A DNA stretch of 50,456 nt from Thraustochytrium aureum (lineage: Eukaryota), in NCBI GenBank assembly GCA_012862495.1, contig BLSG01000208.1, positions 53,887 through 104,342 of the forward strand. Direction: 5' to 3'. The notes below the pieces were generated by a model, which worked only from the letters and a program-made list of their open reading frames with translations, was not told the origin of the DNA and made no database searches. A program made the translations under genes and the position numbers. Each line of letters begins with the position of its first letter. Within the stretch, counting starts at the first letter, position 1. Shown in pieces: positions 21,701-33,874 of this stretch.

Positions 21701-24700
21701 TGCGGGGTGGCCTCTGGGAGCGCTCGGCAGGAGTCAGCGACGTCAGCGAGTGGCCCTGCGTTCCCACCCCTAGAAACTCTCCCTCGCACGTGCAGGCTCG
21801 AGTGGCAGAACCTTTGCCGTGAATGCGCCTCTCCAGTTCGCCGCGGCCATGAAGGACGGCCTGGATGAGGGCCTCTTCGAGCGCTGGCATGAACGAATCG
21901 TCCGCCCCGTGATCGAGCCAGCTGGCAACGCACTCGCGGACCGTTCCAGCAAGAAGCGGGAGCGCAGAGTCTGCCGCGGCTGGCTTGTCCCGAAACCAGG
22001 TTAGACTCAAACGGATGAATAGCCGGAGCACTTCACTCGGGCCGCCTTCGACTTCAAACCTGTTGCGGCTGACGAGGCGAGGCTCGGCAGCGCTCTCGGG
22101 CGAAGAGACGTTCTGATCCTGCCCGTCGCTTGTGCCCGAAGCCTGGGGCGTCGGCGGAAGCATCACCAGCGAGCCGGCAGCCTGCGCGAGATAGATGACA
22201 CGCCAGGCGGCTTCCCCGGTCTTGCTTGACTCGCCGCGCAGAGTGGCCTTCGAGTCGCCTGAGGAGAAGCGCGAAGTAAAGAGAGGCGCGAGCTCGCTCA
22301 GNNNNNNNNNNNNNNNNNNNNNNNNNNNNNNNNNNNNNNNNNNNNNNNNNNNNNNNNNNNNNNNNNNNNNNNNNNNNNNNNNNNNNNNNNNNNNNNNNNN
22401 NNNNNNNNNNNNNNNNNNNNNNNNNNNNNNNNNNNNNNNNNNNNNNNNNNNNNNNNNNNNNNNNNNNNNNNNNNNNNNNNNNNNNNNNNNNNNNNNNNNN
22501 NNNNNNNNNNNNNNNNNNNNNNNNNNNNNNNNNNNNNNNGTCTCGCCAATATCAAATCCATCGCTGCAAGGCGGGTGTGGGTGTTGGGCAACTTGCTCAC
22601 CTTGTGGACTTGAGGCGCCATGCTGTCCAACGGGGCTCGCTAGCGCCGGCACCTCTTCCTTCGGACCCGCGGAAGAGCCTGTCTCGAAGCTGTTTTCGGT
22701 GCTCTTTTCGATGAAAGGAACGATAGCGCCCAACGCGGGGTCTGGCGTGGCACGGACGCTTCCCTGGGCTTTGCCTTTGCCGTTTCTGGCACCCCTCCCC
22801 CCGGGTCCGCTCACAGCACGCTCCAAGACGTGAACCGTAACAGGCCCCACGCCGCTGACCCCAAGGTCCTCCAACACCATGTTCGCGATACCCGCACTGG
22901 CGACAGTGAACACCGCGTCCTGTGGAGGGCCCTCGAGGCCGAGGCCCTGAGGCAAGCGCAGCAGCAAATCAGTCTGCGGCATGCTCGCGCACATGGCGAG
23001 GAACGCGATGAACTGAGCCACGCGCGTCTTTGTATGCACGCGGAGCACCGAACCGCTCAGCCCAGGCAGGGCGGATTCGACGATCAGCTCAAACGGGGTA
23101 CCCACGCCAAAAGCGCCAAGCTTGGCGGGGAGACCAGTTGGCGTCAGGTGGCCGTTCCGCGTAAAGTCGTTCGTCTCGGAGTGCACAACATAAATACGCA
23201 GATACTCGACACAGCGCTTGACAAGCGCGACCTCTTGCCCTTCCATCGCGCCTCGCCCATCGCTGTCGAGAGAATCTACGACCTTCCCGAGCTCATCAAA
23301 AACGCGATCAACGAAAGCGTCGCGGTCCGGATCCGCGCCTTCTGCCAAGCGAAACATGTTGTACAGCTTGAGCAGCAGGTGGAAAGCCTGCGCAGACACC
23401 GTTGCTAGGCGGTGCGTGTTGTGGAGAGCGACTTTCCAGATCGTGTCAAGACCAACCGGCCAGAGCGACAGGGTCGACCGCACCTCAACCTGGCCTGCGC
23501 TGGATTCTTTCGTTGGCGGGAGCAGAAACCACTTGCTCAGGTGCTGGATCTCCTTCTCTTCGACCGTACCGGTCACGTACTCGATCTGGTGCTGGTTGGA
23601 CCAAGACAGGTATTTCTTGATCTTGCCCTTAACCATGCTGCCGTTGTCGAAGAGCACGAGAACACGCCGACCGACAAGGTTGTCGCCCTCGAGGCCCGTT
23701 GGCGGGGCCGAGAAGGAAAACTTGAATTCGTCGCTCACTGCCTCGTACTCCTCCGCCTCTAGCAGCTTGGCAGCAACGTTGACGCGAATAAAGTGCGCTT
23801 GGAGGCAGTGAAAAGTCTTTGGGCCCACTTGGCCGAGCGCCAGGCGCGTGGGGAACAGAGTCTCGAGGACGTACATGGAGACAGCACGAGGGACCACGTC
23901 CGTCCGAGACTCGAACGAGAGGACCCGAAGCCACAGCATAAAGGCCTCCTGCGTCTCGTAGGTACCAAGGTTGCCAAAGTCTTGCCCAGATGGCATGCAG
24001 CACGCCCCCCAGAGGCGCACCATCTCCGCCTCGGTCAACTCGACATCGCGGTTCGCCCCGCTCTTGAGAAGCGTTGCAAGCAGCAGCAGTCGCGAGTCGA
24101 GGTGCTCGACCAACGAGGTCTCGGAAGAAAACTCGCGCCGTGACCCCGCATCTACCGGAGGCGGACGCTGCCGCCTGTCCCAGGCCGCCTCGCTCTCGGC
24201 CTGCTCCGCGGCGGCGTCCTCCTCGTCTTCGGCAACACTTGCCTGCTCGAACTGGGCGTCTCCGTCGTCCGCTTCTTCGTCTCCTTCAGCAAGGTCTCGT
24301 CCCAACGCGCTACCAGCAGAATCAAACCCTGCCGCGTTGCGAGTCCCACGAAGCACAAAATGCTCGAGCTCGCCCAAAATAAGCGCCTTTAGCGACCATG
24401 CCCCGTCTAGTGCAAGAACAAACTCGCTCCGAGGGCTGAGTGCCAGCGCATCNNNNNNNNNNNNNNNNNNNNNNNNNNNNNNNNNNNNNNNNNNNNNNNN
24501 NNNNNNNNNNNNNNNNNNNNNNNNNNNNNNNNNNNNNNNNNNNNNNNNNNNNNNNNNNNNNNNNNNNNNNNNNNNNNNNNNNNNNNNNNNNNNNNNNNNN
24601 NNNNNNNNNNNNNNNNNNNNNNNNNNNNNNNNNNNNNNNNNNNNNNNNNNNNNNNNNNNNNNNNNNNNNNNNNNNNNNNNNNNNNNNNNNNNNNNNNNNN

Positions 24701-27305
24701 NNNNNNNNNNNNNNNNNNNNNNNNNNGGATGATGCGTAGACAGCGATCGGCGAAGCGTCGGCGCACCTCTGGAGCAGCCTCGCGCGCCACCTGCGAGAAT
24801 GCTTCTAAGAGCTCTGAGATTTGTGCTTGCGAGAGCTCCAGGCTGTCCGACGAAGGCGCCTGGTGAGCGCCCCCGGCCTCGTCGTCGGGGTTCCTGTTCT
24901 CCGGCGAGGACAAGCCTTTGCTCATTGCCGAATGCGGAATACCAGCGCTGGCACGAGCTGCAGAGGCGAAAAGGAGCGACCAGAGCGCCCCGAGGCTGGC
25001 CAACAGCGCTCGCTTCCCTTTCCGCAGCACACTCTGCTTCAGGTACTGGTCCCCTGCCAAGGACTGCATGAGGAGCTTGTAGGCCCCGAGATCGCCCCGC
25101 TCCACGACGGCGCGCGTCGTTCCGACAAGAAGGTGCACCATGAGCTTCTCGTTAAAGACGGGGAAGAGGTAGATCGTGGCGAGGAGCTTTCGGACCGCCC
25201 GTGAATTGGTGTTCCCGAGCATCAGGTTCAAGATCTCCACATCGAGCGCAGAATTCTTCAAAAGCTCTTCGCTCACGGACACCACGCGCTCATCCATGCG
25301 CTCCCCAAATACGTCCTGGTAAACGTGGAGGGACTTGAGAAACGCTGTAACCACCGCGCGATCAACTTTCCGTCTCCCTGTCAGCGTGAGGCTGAGGCGA
25401 CCGAGCTGCTCGAGGCCAAAACGGCGCAGTTTGAGCTTGTCCGAGCGCAGAAACTTGACCGATATGCGAATGCAAGCAGCGCTGACCTCGTCCACCTCCG
25501 CCGCAGCAGCACCTTCCGAACTCGACGCTTCTGGCTCTTCTGCTGGCGGCGGCGGCGGCGGCGGCGGCGGCTCCGCAGCGTCCCCCTCCAAGCCCACGTC
25601 AGCGTATGCCGCTTTGGTGCGCTTTTTCTTTGCCTTGGTGCTGTCGCGTGGCTTTGCTTTCCCGAGAGTTGTTCCTATCGTGCCTAGCGTGTCGGTGAGC
25701 CTGTTGAACTGGTCGACGCGGTCCATGATCGACGCCGGCGACCAAGAGTCGGCTGCGGATAAGAGCGCATCCAATACAGCTCTTGTCCCGCGTTGGTCGC
25801 GCTCGCAAAACAATTTTGCGTTCTTTGCTACAGGAGCGGCGAGAGCCTGCGCGATGGCCGGATTGTCGCAAGCCTCCGTGTCCAAGGCAAGGCGCGCCAG
25901 CACAGCGGGCCCTTCAAGGGCAAAAAACGCCTCAGTTGCTACAACATGAAGGTGGGGCGCGCCAACGTTGATCATTCCGCTCGTCCAGGCCCCAGACCCC
26001 GTCGCCCGACCCCCGCCGTACAAGTACGTCTGGTGCGTGTACCGTTGGGTTTTGGGATCGAGCAAGGCGTCCAAGACATCGAGTTTCGACGGCTCTTTGC
26101 GCAGTCGGCGCAAAACAATCTCCACGCTCGACCGAATGATGCGCTCGAACGCGCTCGCCATCGCAGCCTGAATGGGACCGTGGTTTTCAGGCGTTTCAGG
26201 CACAGCTGCGCCAGCTGGTGAAGCGTCTACCCTCTCAATTTGAACGCGCTTGGTGGCATCCTTGACCGGCGCAGAGGGGGCTTCCCCATCGACCTTGGCC
26301 GAGCCTGCCGGGCTGATAGGAGCACGGGTGAGTTTTAGGTCGAGCTCAGGGGTGTCAGCGAGTACGCCTTCCGGACTCGAAGTAGCACCCGGTTGACCTT
26401 GCTGGACTTCCTCGGCTTGGCCAGATCGGCCGTCTTCGCTGCTGGGATCATCGGCCGATCCTTTGGCCCTCTTCCTCTGCTGCAAGAGCCGCCGTTTCTT
26501 CGACGAGCTTGGCGTCTAGAGCCTGCCAAGCCTCGCTCATGCTCCGCCAAGCGCGGTCGGGGGTGGAACCTGCCCCATGGACGTTGAGGCAGATCCTTAC
26601 GAGTTTGTCAAAGACGTCGTTCAGGACACGCTTCGCAGCTGGCTCCACGGCGCCGTTTCCATCATCCAGGCGCTTCAAGAGCCCTTCCAGGACAAGGGCC
26701 ACGCGCGCCCACTGCAGGGACGAAGTGGTGCTTGACTTGATCTCCGCTTCAGTGTCGTCCACGAGTTGAATCCACGGCGCGCTGGCGAGGCTCTCGATCT
26801 CTACCAGCACCTGCGTCGGGCTCTTCTCTACCTTTGAGACGGCAAAGGTGCGCGCCGGCGCCGCCTCGCCTGTGCTATAGGTAGTGCTGTCGCGCGCCCT
26901 CGCCTTTGCTCCCGTTTTCCCGGTGCCCGTCAGGAGCTCGTAGTCGCCTAACGGGTCAATGTACGACCCTTCCAGAGAATACCGTTGCTTGCCGCCCGAG
27001 AGGACCTGCTCCCAGACTTCAGGCTCTTCCGCGCCTGCCTCTTTCGAGTTCGCCGTCTCATCTCCGGGCTTGACTGCTTCGCACATCTCGCATGCAAGAA
27101 GCATTGCACCATTGTTGTAGGTGCAGATAGGGCAGGCCCACTCGGCGGCAGCCGCACCGTCAAGACCCTCGTTTCCCGTGGGCCCGCCAGCCTCCATTGT
27201 CGCCGCGGGTCCCACGCCGTCTAGGCTGTCCTGCGCGCCTTCGCCGAGCTGTCCACCGAGGGCGGTCTTCTCAACGTTCGCTCCGCCCGCCTCCCGGCGG
27301 CACAT
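18738..27305 (-). CDS. Large ubiquitin-specific protease (peptidase C19, USP9/24/34-like) with RanBP2-type zinc fingers; three gaps and one apparent frameshift (26467-26469)
   Basis: QNDASEFFDKLLD, LTGDNKVDCEQC, KRFAFD...KLNHSIRFPTELDL, His box YRLAGVLVHRGRAGGGHYYSF...WYRFDD and SAFMLLYER. The Cys box would fall in gap 20401-20745. An N-terminal WACPICTYNN...CEMC finger is present. Removing one G joins AAEEE-AKGSADD. Confidence 0.85.
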
Positions 27306-27679
27306 CCACGAACCACCTTGGCGGCAGCAACCACGCCTTGCACGCCCAGATCAGCGCAGCGCTCCTTGCTTGCTCCTCCGCGGCGCACCGCCTTCCGCAG
27401 GGTCCGCCAGCCCGCACCGTCGGCTGTCGCGTTGCGGACAGCTCGAGCAGAATTGCTCCAGAATCCTTCGTCAGACCCGTGACCGCCGTAGCCAAACCGC
27501 CCGTTTCGGCCCCCACGCGGCCCTCGAGAGTCTCCCAGTGCGCCAGCGCGTTCGCTTTCCGGCCTCCGCGCGGCCGTTCCCCTGCCGCGGCGTTCTGGCT
27601 CTGCGGAGGCCGTCCTGGCGAGCGCGCTTCCTTTCTGCGCGTTGGCCTGCCTGCACGCTCGACATCTAGGGTTCCCTGC

Positions 27680-27730
27680 TGACGTAGAAGGCGATTAAAA
27701 CTGGGTCACAGGGGGGTTTTCTCGTGACGT
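27680..27730. promoter_or_regulatory. TGACGT motifs between divergent USP and S28 genes
   Basis: TGACGT at 27680 and GTGACGT at 27724. Confidence 0.4.
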
Positions 27731-27944
27731 AAAAGATCCGGGGTCTGGGATTGGGAGGCAGGCAGGTTGGAGATGGTACAAAACCACAGCGGGCTCGCGT
27801 TCGTCTCGACGCATGCGTGGATGTTGGCCCAAGTAGTCGAGTTCATACCTGGTGAGCACTCATCAACCTACTTGCTCGCGCCCCGGGCTTGCGCCAGGTT
27901 GGCCAGGAACTGCTGGAGTGCGTGCGGTTTCTGACGTCGCCGCG

Positions 27945-29555
27945 ATGGACAACGCTGCGCTCCCGAGGTTCGCCTTGCAAGGACGACGACCGCTTCGCAG
28001 ACTTGCTCAAGCGACGGTCTTGGCAGCTCTCGCAGTTGGCGCGGCGAACGCGCTTGACTCGGGCGCAGGCGCAGCCTGGGCTTGGGGCACTGAGGGTGGC
28101 GAAGCATGGGAGGGTGCCTTCGTGTTCAAGCAGGCGGTGGACCACTTTGACCTCCTGGACTTGCGACAGTTCGAGCAGAGGTACTATGTCAACGCGAGCT
28201 TCTACCGCCGAGGCGGGCCGATTTTTTCGTAAGTGGGGTGAAGGTACCACTGTGTCCAAGCAGCTCGGGGCGCCGCGACTGCCGGCTTTGCCACTGACGC
28301 CGCTGACACCACTTCGATTGCCCAGATGCCGGGCGGGGAAGCCGCCATGAGCTCCCTTCCGGGCGGCTTCGGCATCGAGCTCGCTCGCTCGTTTCAAGGC
28401 GTGTATGTCGCGCTTGAGCACCGTTTCTATGGCGAGTCGATTCCCCTTGCACCGCGAGAGGCCGCCTTCACGCCGAGCCGGGAAGCCCTCGGCCATCTGA
28501 CCGTTGAGCAGGCGGTCGCAGACGCCGCAGCGTTTTTGATGGACTTTAGGGCTCGTCTCGGCGATCTTCGAGCGCCGATCATCGCACTTGGCGGCTCGTA
28601 TTCCGGCAAGCTCAGTGCATACTTGCGGTACTCCCACCCGCACGTCTGCGACGGGGCGCTTGCCTCCTCTGCACCGGTCCTGCTCGACGGGACGGACCTC
28701 GGCGTTTCTTCCACAGCGTACTACGAGACTCTGACGCGCGCAGCGGAGCGCGCTTTTCCGGGCTGCAAAGCACACGCGCAGCGAGCCTTCGTCACCCTGC
28801 TACGTGCATCGTTGCAGGAAATTGCCGACGCGGTTCCCGTCTGTGGCAGTCTCGATGACGTCGAGGAGCTCGTGCAGCTGGCGAGGGTCGATTTTGCAAA
28901 CGCTGCCATGGCCAACTACCCGCCTGGGAATCAGACAACTCTCTTTGCGCTTTGCTCGGCCCTCTCCGTGGACTCGGCGTCGCTGAAATCGTGGAAAACC
29001 TTCTTCCTTGGGCCGCGAACTGCACGTGCTGGCTCCACATGCCTCAACTTGACAACCGAAGCTTCGGGGATCCCGGGCCGAGGAGCGAAAATAGCGTGCG
29101 GCGACTTCTCCGGTTGCGGCAGCGGCTGGGCCGGTGAAGCCTGGGACTACCAGGCTACGACGCAGGTGATCCAGCCCATTGGGACAAACAACGAGACGGA
29201 CATGTTCCCGGTGCGGCACTTTTCCCTCGCCTGGATGGAGTCCCACAGCCGCGCACGTTTTTCTGGGGCCGTCGTCGACCCCCATGGGCTCCGAGAACGG
29301 TTCGGCCTCGATCGCGTCGCCGAGCTGTATACAAATGTGATTTGGACAAACGGGCTCCAGGATCCGTGGTCGGTAGGCGGCGTTTTGAACGCAAAACTCA
29401 GCATTGTGATGGAGAACGGGGCGCATCATTCTGAGCTCCGTGAGGCAAGTGAGCACGACTCGGCGGACGTGCGCATTGCGCGGGCCCAGGTCAAGACGCT
29501 CATCGGTGCCATTCTTGGCAAGACCGGCCGACGGGGTGTGCTGGAGACAGCGTAG
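27945..29555 (+). CDS. Secreted/lysosomal serine peptidase family S28 (PRCP/DPP7-like); exon 27945-28228, intron 28229-28325
   Basis: Signal-like N-terminus, FKQAVDHF...FEQRYYVN, ALEHRFYGESIP, LTVEQAVAD, catalytic GGSYSG, NGLQDPW and AHHSEL. A GTAAGT...CTGAC...CCCAG intron plus one extra T in the T6 run gives GGPIFF-MPGGEA. Confidence 0.9.
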
Positions 29556-29763
29556 ATGAATCGAAGTGGTTTCGTTTTAGCGCTGTGCTCTTTGGACATC
29601 GGCCAAAGGGGCTGCTTCCTGAATCCTTGGCGGCTCACCTGCATGTCCTCCTCCAGATTCGTCTGCTTTTTTTTCATGCTTACTTTGCCTTTAGAAGATG
29701 CCTAAAAGGACTGTTGTCTGCACTGCGCGAAAGCGGAGAGATGTGCCCGCTGGCTGGCTACGG

Positions 29764-32700
29764 CTAGTCAGCCTCAAAGCAGCGGTCAAGGCCAAACTCA
29801 AAGCAAGCGCGGACGAACGCGTCGCACGTGATAGACTCTTCTGCCGCACAAGCCGCACTGGCATGGGACAGGGCAGTCTTGAACATGTCGCGAACCAAGT
29901 CGGTGCTTAGGTCAGGGCTCAGGGAGCGAACCACCTTGGTGAATTCGGCGTATTTCAGCAGCCCAGTGCCGCCTGCGTCGGAGGCGCGAAACAAGTCCTT
30001 GGCCGCCAGCTCCTTGCGACTTTGCAGCGACATAAGCTCTTGAACAACGCAGTAGAGAAACAGGTCGCGATCAACGCGCCAGGTCTTCTCCTGGAGCCCG
30101 CGTACGTGTTTCGCCACCGCCTCCCACTCGCTGCAAGTTCCCACAATCTTGAACTCGCCGCAGCGCGCTATCAGGCGTTTCACGCACTCCGGCGGAAGCT
30201 GCGGTGCCATGGCTACGACTATGTCGTGTAGCCGGTTGACGGCAACCCAGTTCGGTCCGCCATCCTCGTTCTCCGGAAAGATGACGTTGCCTTCCGTCGC
30301 ATGCTCGTAGGCGCGCTTAAAGTCAGTTCTGGATTTGTCAGCTTGCCTAGAGACCGAGCGGTCGCCCACCTCAGCGGCGGACACTGAAGCGGCAGCCCCG
30401 CTGACCATCGAGCCGACGTCCGGCTTGCGGCACATCTCGATACCGGTCAGGTATGATGCGAGCATCGACGGCGCGAGCCTGCCCTCAAAGAACCGGAAAA
30501 ACAAGTCAACGCCATGGTGCATTTGGTGGTGGAAGGCATTGCGGACCAGCGAGCGAATGTGTCGCGTTGCCACTGCAGGGAGCCCATACTTGCGAGTGTA
30601 AAACTCAGAAACAAACTCCCGCAGCTCTTGCGTGCTTGCGATCCCTGTATGGATTCTCTCCTGGTAAACCTGCCAAATGGCCTTGAGCACCCACTTGAGG
30701 CTCTGCACTGGCGTCTGCTTCGTCTCCTTCAGGATAAGCGCAACCGTCAAGCGGCTCTCTGGAGCAGCCACAACCGCTTGGGGGGCGGGAGGGCCCAAGA
30801 GGAGCTGCTGTTCGCTGCCAGCCAGGCCCGGGTGGTGCTGCTAGCTGTGGTGGAAGGAAGGCGTGACTTTCTCGCGGTCGGTGGCCCGACCCTTCAATGC
30901 CAGCTTCGCCAACGACGGGCGCGCCTCCGGTGACACGGTAAATAGTCGCGCTGTGCCGGCCCTGCTGGGACCGGCCATTGTCGGCGGGGTGGGCTGCGCT
31001 TGCAGAGTTCCCCCGATCGCTTGAGAGAGCGCCAGGGTGAGACGTACCCGTGACCCCGCTAATAGTGTTTGTCGGGTCTGCCCAGGCTTCCTGCATACCA
31101 CCGCCGAATCCGTCCGCGGCGAGCGCACCCGTTTGCTCTGCACCCCTCGGGTGCATCTCACTAGGCTTGTCGTATTCGTCTCGTCGATGGTCAGCAGGAT
31201 CGAAGGTGCGTGTGCCTGTCTCCCAATCGCCAGCCACACTTGTCACAAACGGCGCTGACTCAACACTGCCGCGCATACCAGCCGTGGGAAAGTTGACGCT
31301 TGTCGAAACAAGCGCATGTGGTTCATCCTGGCCGGGATCAAGTCCCGCCGCTCGACCAGATGGACTGATCTTGATCGCGCCTTGGCGCCGTGACGAGGGA
31401 TCGGACGCGCGCTTGTCGTTCGACACGGGCATCGCCCTCGCAGGGCTTTCTCGACGGGATGCGCTTTGCGAGAGGGGCGACAAAACCGCGTTTCCACTAC
31501 TAGGAAGGGTGTTGCCGGGCGCTAGGGCTTGACTGCACCTTGCGCAGTACTCGATCCCACTGGAACTTTCCAACGGAAGCCCGCGCACTTGCTCCGTCTG
31601 CGTTTGAGCGTCATTGCGAGGCTTGAGAGAGTCTTCCCACAACCGCCGCTCTTCAGCCAGGTTTTCCATGTCTCGATTGGCGGCTTCGAGTTCTCGCTCA
31701 AGCGCTTGAACTTTGTCCAGGGCAGCGACCAAGTCGTCCTGCAAAAGTGAAACTCGTAGCTCGTTTTCATCTGCCTGATAGAGGCACTTGTATTGCTCGT
31801 CACCTGCGTTGCTCTCCTCAGCGTCCTCGCCTCGAAGGTCGGCCTGGATCTCCTTGAAAAACTTGTCAAAGTTTGGTACCAACAGGCTCTTGCGTACAGC
31901 ATCGCTTTCGCCTGGTGCCGAAGTCGACAGCCTGCCAATACTCCCTCTTGGACCGCCGCTGGCGCCTCCTCCAGCGCGGGACACCCGGTGCAGGGTGCTG
32001 GCGTCGAATATGCTGCTTTTCCGTGCGGTTGTTCGGCTCTGCAAAACACTGCCACGCTGCATGCCATTGCCGTGCTTGGTCAAGGTCGACTGTCGCCGCG
32101 CAACTGCAAGCGTGGCGAGGTGCGAGGGCGACAGTACGGACGCGCTCGCCTCACGACCTTCGAGCTGGTTTGCACCAGAGTGAGAGCTGCTTGGGCTACT
32201 TGCAGCTTCTCGACGCACCGATTGAAGCTCGAGGCGCACTTGAGCAATCGACCGCTCAAGGGTGTCTGCACGTACGCTTGCAGCGGCAGCACGCGCGTCG
32301 GCTGCATGTTCGGCAGCGCGTGAGATGTCCATGAGGCCCCCAATGAGACCGAGCAGGAGCTCGCCACGTTCATAGCTCGATACCATGACTTGGCGGGCCA
32401 GCTCGTGCAGGGCCATATAGTGCACGTCGCGGAGGTCTTCCATTTGCTCAAATACGCTGGCTCCTGGTGCGCTAGAGATTTTATTTGACATGTGCTCGGT
32501 CCATCGCGCCAAAGTTCGAACGTCCGCGGAGCCTATGCAAGAGCTGGCGTACGAGCGGCCAGCGAGGACGCCTGGCAGGGGCCAAATCATGATTTCTGGT
32601 TGACTGGCCTCGTGCAGCGAGGCGAGGGGGATCAGGGTTTCTGGGATAAGTTGCTCGCTCAAATGAGTCCGCGAAATAGCCTCGTCCAGCGCGGCCATGG

Positions 32701-33250
32701 AGCTTGCCTCGCGGCTCAAGACTTGATTTGCTGGGGCTCGCAAGCCAAAGTCCGAGGGCGCCAGACTTGCACGCGATGCGCCTTTTGGCGAAGGCGAGCC
32801 ATGGCGCGCGGCCGTCAGCCTCGAGGCTTGCGCAAGCACTCTAGACTCGTGCTCCACGACGTCGTCCAAGCTGAGCTTGCCTGCATCTGGAGGCCGTCGC
32901 ACTGCCAAGCCCTTTGGACTTGCGTTGCTTGTCGAGGCCGCCAGCCCCTTCTTGCCCTTGCCGTTCGAGATAGCGATTACTTTCCCGGTCTCATAGAACG
33001 GGTACGGCCGTGCCCTTTCGCTCTCCACGCGCGCGAGGTCTGGCAGCTTGCTGCCCGCTCTGGCGCGTGCGAGTGAGTCGACTGCGTCATCCTCCTTCTG
33101 GCGCGCCGGGCCGCCAGCCGAAGAAGACTCGTCCGCAGCGCGGCGATTGCCGCTTGCGATGTAGCGCGCAGCCTCTTGCGGCGCCGTGCCGCACGGGCTC
33201 TGCGTGCTGGCTCGATCAGAGAGAAAACGCACCCCCCATTCAATTGCCAA
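29764..33250 (-). CDS. Large protein with axonemal dynein light chain (p28/AXDND1-like) domain, coiled coil and C-terminal EF-hand region; apparent frameshift at G6 30780-30785; start uncertain
   Basis: DVHYMALHELARQVMVSSYERGELLLGL resembles the Ax_dynein_light motif. The C-terminal part has EFVSEFYTRKYGL...VDLFFRF (TSNAXIP1-like) and an EF-hand LFRASDAGGTGLLKYAEF. Confidence 0.6.
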
Positions 33251-33874
33251 GCAAGGGCGAATTCGCCGCCAACAGCCCTTCTAAGAGAGCCGAGCGCTTT
33301 GCAGCACCTACTTCAACCTCTGGAGCGCTGTGCTGGTCCGTTCATCGCCGATTCTGCCGCGCCGCCTTCGCCACTCCGAAGCCAATCACAAGAACTCAAA
33401 AAAGACAACGAAAGAAAAACAACCAACGCTCAAGCAACGATGAACAGCTCTACGCATCACGACGCAGTCGCCTCAATCTGCAACGCACGCTCGCACGCTC
33501 GCTCGCATGCACGGACTTGCTCCAGCAGCCTGGCGAGCCTGCGTTGTGGCGATCGGCCAACGACACGGACACCGTCCAAGTCTCAACGGACATCTTGGAA
33601 AGCGAAACAGAGGAACGCGCGCACATCGCTGCGCCGATTTCACGAGCCGGGCAGGAGCCCTCGCTCCTCGACGACGTAGCAGCAGAGGGCGAACGAGGAG
33701 AGAAGAAGGCGCGGCGCAAGCTCAACTCGTTCGGTCGGACGCGCAGGCGCGGTTGACGACCAAGGTCTCGCGGCGGCGGCGGCGGCGGCGGCGGGGACGG
33801 TGGCGGCGGCGGTGGCGGCCTCAGTTTCTCGAACGAAATTCCGCTTGCTTTCAGGTTGACGACGAGCCGTCGGC

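Noticed and set aside
30841..30843. In-frame TAG between ORFs 30841..31239 and 29764..30798 (possible readthrough or stop reassignment)
   Set aside because: The overlapping 30605..33250 frame is open through this point, a homopolymer shift at 30780-30785 is simpler, and TAG terminates other genes here (425, 29555, 39490).
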